The position numbers were made by a program, and so were the translations under genes. From Ascidiella aspersa (lineage: Eukaryota), in assembly GCA_963924565.1 (NCBI GenBank), contig OZ004615.1, positions 20,522,001 to 20,586,000 on the forward strand: a DNA stretch of 64,000 nucleotides, in the 5' to 3' direction. Numbering within the stretch: position 1 is the stretch's first letter; each line of letters starts with the position of its first letter. The notes under the pieces were generated by a model that saw only the letters and a list, made by a program, of their open reading frames with translations, ran no database searches and had not been told where the DNA came from. Below are positions 28,101-40,100 of the stretch, piece after piece.

Positions 28101-31100
28101 TTTGCAGATGAAATAATTTGCTCACTATTTATCACGTTTTTTGTTATTTGCTTGGAATCAGATGACTTTACCAATTTTAATAGTGGAAAGTTCTTTTTAC
28201 ATTAATAAATTGGCTTGGTATTAACTTGCTCCGGTAATGATTTGGACCGGGACTTGTAAAATTTTGCAAAAGTGTTGACTTTAACTCAAGCAATTTTAGA
28301 AAATGACTTGACTAGGGCTTGCGTCGTTTTAAAATGACTTGTTCACAACACTGCTTGTTTTTAAAATTACTTATATGTTGCTTAGTTAGGTTTCCAAACA
28401 CTCAGAAAACTGTTAACTAATAGCCTATACACAAAAGAAAAGTCTTAAAATGTCGCCCCAAGAAAAAAAACTAAAAGAAACTGAAACATTTTTGAATATT
28501 TTAAATATTTTGAACAGATGGAGGAATCAAAGACAGCGACACAAACTTACAACTCCTTGGACCTTTTTAAGACTCCAGGAATTCGGATGGTTAGTTTTCT
28601 GATAATGTTTACCTGGTGAGTTTTTTTCGTGAAATTAGCATTAAGGCAAACATTCCCGGAAGGTTATTTGGACAGTTTTTGGCTAAGTTGATAAAGAATC
28701 TCACCGTCAAAAAGCCGTTTCGATACGTAATTGTATAAACCGTTGGAACTTAAATTCGGAAGATTTTACAAAACTTTTAGAATATCAGTAATTAAAATTA
28801 TACCACATATATAGCAGGTTTGATTGATAAGATGTCTATGGTCGAAATATTTGAAGTCTGGAAGGCGTCATAACTTTTGGAAATGAAAGTTTTATTCTGC
28901 TATTACAATAATACGTTGGAAAAAGCAGCTTGACATTTCATATGGTTTTAAAATAAGGTTGATTTGATTTATTTGCGTGGTAGTACAGTTTCCATGAATG
29001 TGATGGATGATTGTCACAATTAACAAACTGCATAATGTTGTTATGAATATAGCTTAAACCTTAAATATGTAACACGGCTAGATGCATATTGACTAAATGA
29101 ACATCAACCCAAGGAAAACGTTACAATATATAACCGTAGGCCTACTATATCATCATCTAATAGGTTTGCAGGAAATTTGTATGTCAGCAAATCTGACTGC
29201 TGATGATAGCATTACGTATGGGGTCGTTTTGCTTAAAATGATGATTTTATCGACCGATTCGGTTTTATTATTCATATTAAAGCTATATTCCAGACCTGTA
29301 CGAGTGTACGTAGTGTACTCAAATAAATTTTTATTACAAATACATTTGTAGTTGTTTCATTTGCAATGAGTTATTTTACATTTCAGGCTCGTCAACGGTC
29401 TAGTGTATTTAGGAATATCACTCAACGTTGGATCTTTGGCTGGCGATATATTTGTCAACAACGTTCTAGGTACCCAAGGCTTTTATAACATGTTAGACTT
29501 CACTTGGTACTATTAAACCAAAGACTTTAAAAGAACGCCCTTTTGATGTTATGTCCAAACAAATGAGTTGATTGCCTGGAATATCGTTAGTTCGTGATTT
29601 GCCAATCTATAAAACTGAATAACTTTTTACTTCAACTACTGAACTAACGCCACCTTCAAGGAAGTAGGCCTATCATTATTTCTTCGGTGTGTCACATGAA
29701 AAACATTTTCGTTATTTTTGTCTGTCTTTAACTCAGGGTTTCTTAACCACCCCCAAGGTGCGCGAGAACTGTTTTAAGGGGTGTGGGGATGATGAATCAG
29801 ACACAGAAAACGTGATACTGTAATTCATCTCTTTGATCAGTTAAATGTAAAACTAACTTACATTTTGCTATTGTGTTATTTTTTTATCAGTTACTTCTTT
29901 AAGAATAAAATTACAATAGTTTTGTAATTTAAGAGTGCGAGAATGGGTTGGTGATTTGAAAGGGGTGCAGCAAGGAAAAGGGGTAAAGAACCACTGCTTT
30001 AACTTATCCGTTATCATCAATCCACAGGCGGCGTGTCGGAGATTGGCGCTTACATCTTCGTGATACTGCTCATGGACAGGATCGGCCGTCGCATGATTCT
30101 CGTGTTCATGATGGGCCTGGCCGGGGTCACGCTCATATGCACAACCATCGTTAACTTGTATTCCGATGACGATTCAGGTAAAAGATAGTTGATTGATACC
30201 AAATTATTTTTCCTGAGTGTGTGCGTGTATGGGTGTAAATACAACCAGTGTAATTTCATTGTTAGGTGCTCATGAACTTGTTTGTGTGTGCATTTTTTTG
30301 TTAGATTTAAATTTAGTCAGACCACGTTTAAAGAGCAAATGTATTTACATTTTAGTCTAAATATCCTTAAACTTAAAATACTTCACCAGTTATGGAATTC
30401 TACGAAATACTTTGTTGTATATTTGAAACCATTTAACCCATTGAAATAATACTTTGACTAGCAATAATCCTCCATCATTATAGGTTAAATATCCCACGAA
30501 AAAAGTCTAAAAAAGCCCTGCGATAACTACGTTGATTTCACAGGCCTCATGACCCTCGGAACAGTGTTTTCCTTGGCGGCCAAAGTCGGCATTTCTGGCT
30601 CCTACGCCGTCATTTACAACTTTACATCCGAACTGTTTCCAACTGTGATTAGGTAAATATGGATTGTCAACGTTTTGCGGCCCAAATTCAAAATGCTAAC
30701 GATTTACTTATTTAAAGAAAAATCAAAAGGTAGACCAATCACTGCACACAATGTGCTATAATATGCATGTTAGGTCTACATGAGGGCTAAGTAGATTAAA
30801 GATTTCCCTAAATGGGAAAAAAACACTATAAATAGAAAGCGCTACATAATTTTATACATAATCAAAGTTTGCGAAAGCATAGTTTCATAGCCTGGTGCTA
30901 AAACAGCTTCAACTGGATAGGGTTGCGGTTGTTGTATATTTTTCTAGGGGGATCCTTGTTATCATGGGTGGTTCAATATTTGGCTCATTTTATATAGGGT
31001 TGTTTACCAGGTTAAGTTTGTAATATTATACATCATACTAGGGATTATTGGTTTTACAGTATATATTAAGTTTTGTTTCCCTTGACTGTTTTCTGTAAGC

Positions 31101-34100
31101 AAAAACAGATGTGGACCGAAAAATGTGTGGCCTTCACCTATGTCGTTACAGAGGCAAAATCCAATTTGATAGACAAATGCACACCCCAAAACTTTTCCTT
31201 GATTTGTTTCTGCAAGCAAAAACATTGACCGAAAATTTCTCGCATTAACTTTTTTTTTCACTCTTTTCGCTTAGATGCAAAAGAGATAGTTTGCCAAGGG
31301 ATGTGTCGATCTTATCGTTAAGAAAAAGCATTTTTTGTAATTTGTTCGTAATTTTTACAAAAAACAACATATATTTAATTAATTTTTTTATTATATCCTA
31401 CATTAAAAAGTAAGCCTACTAACTTATTGGTAACTTTGCTTGGATTTCTACAAAAAATAGTTAGTGTTGTAATGCCCCCCACCCCCTCAAACCCCCCAAA
31501 AAAATCATAACAATTTATTTTATTTTCCTTAAATTCAAGCTTAATTTAACCTATACATTCAAAAGGATGATAACATTTATTGGTTTTTGTTTACATCAAC
31601 CAAATATTTCATATTTACAAACATAATATCCTCAAAATAGATTTGAAGCAAAACCACAAAAAATGAATAGTTAAACGATAAACAAAAATAAACATTCTCC
31701 ATCGGGAGTAAATATTGTTTTGTTAATGAAATTTTTTTCAATACCCCTCCAAAGAAATGCATACTCCCAACCTTTTGTCCCAAACGAAAAAAATAAATGT
31801 ACAATGTACTTTAACAATGCTTTTTTTGTCTAAATTCAAAATAAATACAACCAACAGTTTTTCTCCTAAATAAACTTTTTGCATTAGTTTGCCTCAAAAC
31901 CACCAGATTGTTCGATTTTAGTTATTATTTACTCCAAAAAACAAACAAGATATTCGTAGTATCATTTTGATGGTTTACTAGCGATTTGTTTTACATTGAA
32001 GCAAGTTGGTTAATTATGAGTTCTCATTAATGTCTTTACCTCGACCAATCACCTAACTTCTTCATAGGGCAGATTGTAGAAAATTGTTCTTTCAGCTAAT
32101 GTCTTATTCTGATATAAATTCACTCGGTTTTCGTTGGCTTAAAGCCAGCAAGCAAAGCAGCCAGCAACAACCGTTCTGTTTATTGACTAGACATGACTGG
32201 TGTATATTCATATAACGCTCTCGCATATACAAGTTGAGAATTTGCATGAAAAAGAAAGGCGATACGGAAAAGCGGAAATGTTTTATAACCCGAAGCCTTT
32301 TTGGCAGCCGGGAACTGTGACAGCAACGTGTTCACACAGGTGAAATACTTTTATCTGTAACGGAAATATGTGTCACACAAAAACATTTGTCATGTGTGAA
32401 AACAGCCGAAGCTTTGTTCTCAGAGTGACAGCGAAAGTTTTCAATAAAAGCGTGAAAAAGTATCAACATAATGCACACTCAATAAACATTTGAAATACTC
32501 AATTAAACAACTGAAATACCCAATTAAACATCTGAAATGACCCCAGATGCTACAACATAAATAGCATATTGGCGAACACTGCAAAAGAAGGATATATTGA
32601 ATTCTGTAGTTACTATTAACTAGACAAATGAAAATATTTTTCGTGAAATATTTTTTAGGTGCAATTTACCAAATTCGTCTTTTAAATACGACAATAAACA
32701 GGTATAAACATTAAAAATACATTTTCGCGCTTTGCGCAAAATCACTTAACTTAAGATGCTTGTTAGCGCACCGCTTCGCGTGGAAACAGCAAGTTTTTTA
32801 CAATTTAGAAACGTTGCGAGTCACAATGCTTTCCTGCGTTGTACGGTGGGTGAAACTTTATTACATGGCCTTGCCTCTATATTTATTACCGCGACAATAA
32901 ATTCAAATACGACGGTACGACGTATTTGGGGAACAAATACATTTGATAAATAGATTTTATGCAGATGATGCGTACGGCGATATTGTTAAATTTTGGCCAG
33001 CTAACATGTTTAAAAAGCAAATATAATTATTCTCTTTAAATGGTTTAACGCCTGTGGTACACTATACTTTTACCAATGTATTGCTAAGACGGGCCACTTC
33101 GCATAATAAACGTAGCGCGCGCGGGACAATAAAGCGCAGCACGATGCTAGCCGCTTTTTCGCTTGGCGAGCTAAACAAAGCAAGCGATAAGAACGATTTC
33201 TGTATGAAGTTTTTCTGCCGCTAGATAGGATTCGATTGCTACAAACAGCTAAAACGATGACGTCACAACATATTATGTTTTTTGCCCTCAATCAAAGGCC
33301 CCTAGGGGTGCAGCCTCATAAACCTCTAAATGCGCACTTACATACCACTCTACGTCATGTCTAAAAATTTAGAAGTACTGCAATGTACAGTTGTACACTT
33401 TTACTATAAAGCTTCGGACCAATAACATACCTAACACCAAAAAAAAATAACGGCAGTAACAAGAAAAAACACGAAAATAAATTTTCGGCACATATGACTA
33501 GAATTATCTAGTAGCCCAAGTCTTGATTAGGACACTATAGATTTTACAGCGAGAAATGTGATTTAATTTCTATGTTGATGACGTAACAATGCCACTGTTT
33601 TTCTTCCAATTACGCAAAATGTTGCTTACAAAAAGCACATGGCGCAAACTCGAATCTTAAGGTTTTTAACTGTAAATGGGTTCTTTCTGTGCTAAATATC
33701 TGTTGATTAGTCGGATTAGGAATTTGGGAGCTTATTAATACTACGGTTGTTTGTTTAGTCATTTATTGATAAACTTTAAACTGAAACTGAAATTTAGCCG
33801 TGCATGTTTATATCCAAGTTAATCCTGGATCCCTAACAAGTTTCTAAGTACAGTACATTAGTTTTGCGGTGGCCTAGACTTGGAAAACGACCGTGTTACG
33901 AACCGGCTTCCTGGATAAACACTGCGGCAAGCTTAAAAAAGTAAAATATTTTTTCAATTAGCAATTTTATTTATTTAACAGGGAAATTAGTGTAACCATT
34001 GTTTCTTCTATGTTAGAATTGCTTTACATAGCTTATTGTTAAAATTAAAAAAATAAATTTCTTTTTTTTTTTCTTAACATAAAACGACAAAGCTTCAACG

Positions 34101-37100
34101 TAAAAAATACATAAATCGTTAAGAAACCGGGGTTCAGTGGCCCCTAGCGATTTAGAATGGCCTAATTTTGCAACACAAATAGACCGACATAATTGTACAA
34201 CACTTACAATCGGGTCGTACGCGGAGCCGATTGGTTATTGACCGTCGGTGCCGTTGGCGCGTTCGAACTGCGCTTGCAGCAAGAACCGAGCTTACACAGA
34301 GCGCCGCTGATGGTGTCGGAATAAATCAAAGGGTTCAGGGCGCTGTTGGTCGGCAGTAGGATCCCGGCGCTTATAGCGTACACGACCGGGGGCAAATGCA
34401 CCCCCGACAGCTGCACAAAGGCCAGGGTGCAGAGCGGAACCCAGCAAGCAAAGTCGGTGAGAATAAGACGCGAAATGCGCGCCTGCATTTTCCTGGCCCG
34501 CTTGCTAACGGTGCCAGCCATTCGCACGCTGACGCGGTAGATGGCAAAGTAGCAGACGACCATGTAGAGGAAAAGCACAAAGTTGAGACTGATTAGGAAG
34601 CAGGAGAAAACCCAACCCGCCTCTCCGACGTTGACGAAAATTCGCGGCATGCAAACGCTCGTTTCGCCGTAGTAACCGATGTCGCCCTTGATGGGCAAGT
34701 AAGGGATCTTGCTTTCGATAAACTGCTTGGTCGCCATCCACGACGAAGCGTTGATTTGCCCCATTCTAAACGCGAGCGCGTTTAAGTCGGATTTTTTCAC
34801 TTGGTCCGATTTGTAAAAGTAATTGGGGAACCAGACCCCTGAAACAAAGTAGCCGGAAGTGGGGAACATTAGCGGAAAAGTGGCAATCAGGGCGGCCAAA
34901 ATCCAGGACGCAACAACCGCCATTCGTCCCCAAACAATTGTAAGAGTGGAAGTGACGAAAGGTCGTAGAATGGTGACGAGGCGAAACGTGGTCATGGACG
35001 TCATCACGAACACCGAGTTTTCTGTGGAAAGCACGACTAGGACTCCCAGAAGGGAGCAAAGCCGGCTCGTGCGCCAAGACTTATCGTGAAAGCAGTAAGA
35101 GCCCGAATACTGGTCGGCCTTGACGCAAACGGTGAGAAGGTAAATGCCCATGAGGAAATCCGAAATGGAGAGGTTGAGAACAAACAGCGAGTTGTACTGC
35201 ATCGGGATTGACATCGGCTCGGCTGCCAGGAAGCTCCTCGCCGTGGTGACGGACACCACAATGTTTCCGGCGATTGAAAGCAGCGCCATCATCCAGAAAA
35301 TGGCCAGGATTAATTTGTTGCCGATCAGTTCGTACTGGGACGAAAATACGTTGACTTTTTGGCTTTTGGGAGGACACTCGTCGCTGCCGTCAGAACAGTC
35401 CCACTTGCCATCCTCGACGTCGCTTATCGGCACCGAAAGCGGCTTTTTATCCAAACAGTAAAAGCGTTTGTCGGCGCAGCGGGCCTTGGACTCGTCGGCG
35501 CCGTTTTCGCAGTCGACTCTACCGTTGCACAACTCGTCCACGTCGATGCTCACCGACACGCCGTTGACGCAGTAAAAGCGCTCGGAGCAGTTCTTCTCCT
35601 CGAAGCCGAAGGGACAAGAAGCGTTTTTGATGACATAAGCGGCCGAGTCGTTCTGCCCGTTGCAGTAGCGATCCCCCATCGGGTAATACCAGCGACAGGG
35701 ATCGTCGCAGAACCACGGCCTGGTCGAGCAGTTCACACATTCGTCGGACATGTCGGCGCACTGAGGCCGCCCGTCGCACATCACGGCTTCGATCCAACCA
35801 GGCGCCGCCACGCAACGGATCGTAGCCCTGCCTTTGGTATCGACGCAGCCGACCGTGTTGGTCTTGTCGACGCACTGGTAGCTCCTGTTGCACAGCAGCT
35901 CTTCGCTTGGGAGGCAGCCAACAGTTTCGTCGCAGTAGAGTTGGTCTGGATGCTGACAGCGCGTCTTGGACACCCCCAGCACCTTGTCGCAGACTGTTTG
36001 ATCGGCGCAGAAACACTCGTCGGAAAGGTCGTAGCAGTCCACCACCCCGTCGCACACCTGCCTGGGCGCTATGATCAGCTTCTTGTCGAAGCATTGAAAG
36101 CAGCGCATCGCGCCGTCGACGAAGCACAAGTCCGAGCCGTCTGAGCACTGCGGCAAGTCGTCGTAGAGGTTGAGCTGCGGCAGACTGCAGGTGAAAGTCG
36201 AGTACTTGGTGGCGCATTTGAAACCTGGCCCGTAGTGCGTCTCATCGCTAAAGTCGCTGCACTGGCTGTTGCCGTCGCAGAACTGACGAATAATGAGCAC
36301 CTCCTTGTTTTTGCACAACACTGGCTTGATGCAGCCGGGCTGGCTGGCGGCGGGCGGCGAAGAAATACAGGCCCATTCCGGCGTCTGCTTCCCGATCGTG
36401 TTGTTTACGTAGGTCACGGTGAGCACCGGATGGCAGTGGGTCAGCGAGGCGTTCTCAAAATGCAGCATTGCGTTTTTTGCGTGCAAATCCGGACAGCTCA
36501 TGGCCTTGGTGCTCCAATTGTCGGCGCAGTCGTTCATTCCGACCACACAGGGCTCGTCATCGCCGCTGTAGCAGTCTATCATTCCGTTGTTGACGTCGGA
36601 AGTGGAAATACACCCCTTGTCCGAAGTGCAGTTCGAGCTTGCGTTAAATATGCAGCCGCACTTGACCTGGCCGATCAAACACGCACAGCCCTTCTCGTCG
36701 CTCCAGTCGCCGCACTCGTTCACGTCGTTACAGAGCTGCCAGGGAAGCACGCATCCGTTGCTGGTGTTGCACGTCTTTTCGACAGCCTCGTAACACGCGC
36801 AAGGCGTTTCGATGGGCAGGCAGGTGCAGCCGTATTCGTCGCTCCAGTCGCCGCAGTCGTTGTAGCCGTCGCATTGTTTACTTGCGCTTACGCAGCCGGG
36901 CGATCGGCCACAACCCGGGCGACTGCACCGGCACTGGAAGCTGTACTCCGGGCAGGTGCAGTTATTTTCGTCGCTCCAGTCGCCACAGTCGTTTACCAGG
37001 TTACAGCGCCTGACGCCGGCCACGCTTTCGGCTTTACAGGAAGACAGCACCGTCGGTCGAACGCTGCAAGCGCAGCGGAAAAAGGCGCAGTCGGTTTCGT

Positions 37101-40100
37101 CGCTGCCGTCGCCGCAGCCGTCAACGTGATTGCAAACGTAGCCTCCATTCACGGCCAGCGTCCGTCCCGGGCAGGATTCCCCGCATGCGCACACGAAAAG
37201 GCTTGCACCATATGTACAGTTGCGCTCGTCGCTACCATCTACACAGTCCTTGTATCCGTCGCACACCCAAGACGACCTAATGCACCAGGTATCCCCAGCG
37301 CAAAAGGTCGAATTCGGTTTGGCGCATTTGCAGCCAAAGTTGGGCGCCAGGCACTGACAGGAACGCTCGTCCGAGTGATCCGAGCACTGGTAGACGCCGT
37401 CGCAAACCTTGTACGCTGGCAACTTGACGATGTTATTCGTGCAGCTCCGGTTTCGAGAGCAAGCGCACGTGAACAAACTTGGTCGATCATCGCAGCCCGC
37501 TTCGTCGCTCCAATCCCCGCAGTCATTGAGCCCGTTGCATTGAGCTCTTTTGTCAACGCATCCCGCCGAAGTCTTGCAGCCCGACCAGTTACAATCGCAC
37601 GTAAACTGGCTAAAATGGCAAGGACATGCCACCTCGTCGCTCCAGTCGTGGCAGTCGTTTCTTTGGTTGCAAACCTCGACCCAAGCAACGCGTCGAGTAC
37701 TGGGCGTGACGCATGTGCCGTTCCGCGCGCATGCGCAGTAGAACTGGACCGCTACAAAGTCGCAGTAAAGCTCGTCGCTTCCGTCGGCGCAGTCGTCTCG
37801 GCCGTCGCACTTGTTGATCAGCGGAACGCAGCTGATCGGATCCGTGCACTTTCCGTTTGCGTAGCGGCAACCGCACGAAAACTGACCGGCGCATTGGCAG
37901 TCGGCCTCGTCGCTTCCGTCGGAACAATCGCTTTTGCCGTCGCAAGTCTGCCGCTGCAAAACGCACACCTCAGGGTAGACGCACGTGTTGTTGTCCTGAC
38001 ACGCGCAGCTAAAATACCCAGTATCACAAGTACATCCACGCTCGTCTGTCCCGTCCAAGCAATCCAGCACACCATCACAAATCTCTTTATCGCTGTAGCA
38101 TCCTCGACCGTAGTAGCAGTGGTATGTTCTTAGCGGGCAGCCGCACTGGTAAAGGCCAGGCGCGCAGAAGCAGTTCAGCTCGTCGAAACCCTTGAGACAG
38201 TCGCCCCCGCCGTCGCAAACCCAGTTCTTAGGGATGATTTCCGCTTTGTAGTTGCCCCTGACGCTGAAGTAGTAGCCGCTGAGGTATTTGGTCCGGGCCG
38301 GGCACATGCAGTTCACCATGCTGCTAGCTGGATCCAACCGCACGGCGTTGCACCATTCTGCAAACAAAGTGGTAACCCATTTGTGGAGTTGATTTTTTGT
38401 AATACTGCAGTTTATAGGATTGTTATGTGCGACCATTACGACGTATTCTCGTGGGTCGGAATCGGAACTCGGGACTCGAGTAAGACCACGTACAACTACC
38501 CGAGTCCCGAGTCCGACGTGCGTATGCGCAGTATCAATTTTTATAACTGTTAAGGCGGCAAAATGTAAGTTGTAAAAGTGTAATAGCATATGTGAACTAT
38601 TTTTAAACCATGTAATGCGTGTGGATCAATTATGACACCAATATGAGTCGATTGCAAAAAATCCACCTTAATTTAGTTGCGTAAATGGGTAAAATACAGG
38701 CTGTAGAGTCGGGCTGGACTCGGGACTCGACAAAATCTTACATTTGGCCGGAGTCGTACTCGGGTGTATTTTTTTGGCCGGAGTCGAACTCGGGAGTCGG
38801 ACTCGGGAGTCGAACTCGGGAGTCGGACTCGGGTTGTTTTTAACCGACTCCACAGCCCTGGTTTATATAAGCGTGACTCTTACAGGGGTGCTGTATTCAT
38901 TACTTGTGTTCTAATACGCCGTGGTGTTTAGCGTGCGGTTTTGCCCCACCAGTAGATATTACACTTTTTATACGCAAAGCTAAGGAACAGGAATACGTTA
39001 AAGTGAAGTTTTGCAATTAGGGACTTGCGATAAAGTTTTTTGTTATGCACGTACTCGAACTTTTGGTTTAAAGTTGTACGACTCTCCAAACTGAAACCCG
39101 TTGACATCATTACTTTGGTCAAGTAAATCAAATTAAAGAAATTGGAAAGTCCAATGGCAATATTTTCCAAGGTTTACGGTTTGTTAGGAGGCTTATTGAT
39201 CTTCGATTTATCTGCTCAAAATTGCTTTTTATACTCAAACTAGAAAACGTTGCTTCAAAACCATATCTCAAAATGTACCAATTAGTTTAGTATGGGATCG
39301 GTACCGATACTATAGTCTAATATCGAACGAGTAGCGATACTACCACTTGGTATCGGGTTTTGGTAAATTTGCAATAAGGAGTGTCCGATTTGATCGGAGC
39401 TAAATCGATATTTAATACCAAACGGAAAATATCGACAACTGGGTGGAATAATGTTGATTCGAAACGACATTGACAAAAGTATTTCAGCGATGTTTTTTTT
39501 ACGAAGCAACATTTTGTACTTGGAGATACAATTCTCTAAAAATTGATGGGAGATTAGGATTAACGTGTGTTTTTCTCCACTTTTAATATTGGTCTTACCG
39601 GTTACATAGAATCATATTCTTGTTTAGTCAGCAAACTTTTAATAAGCAGATAAAACGAATATATATGATATAAGTACGGTTCCGATATTAATATTACGTT
39701 CTGTTAGCATCTAGGTTGGAAAACGCCTTGTCGGGTGTAACTGACTGATGCCTAATCCAACCTAAAATGCTAATGATTATCACTTTTGATTTGGTTCAAT
39801 GTCAAGTACGCTCTCTATTTTTCTGTTTACGATACATGGTCAAACCCCTTAGGGCATAACTGCGGGTTAATATTTCATCCATCGAACTATTTATGTGCTT
39901 TGTTGGCAACGACTAATACAGAAAGTCGACACAATAGGCAAAATTATATTTCAAGGGGATGTTGTAACAACGGAAAACCGATTGAAATGACAATCAAAAA
40001 ACATGTAAATAGCCAAGAGAACGGCTAAAGGTAATATCAACCTACTGTAATATTCAATCCATCCAATTGGCTCACTTCCATCCACGGTAATTTTACTTTC

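Noticed and set aside
38358-38589. N-terminal 77 aa of the 1461-aa ORF as the real protein start
   Set aside because: Largely MITE-derived, no signal peptide, lies upstream of a good acceptor, and the start differs in copy 3.
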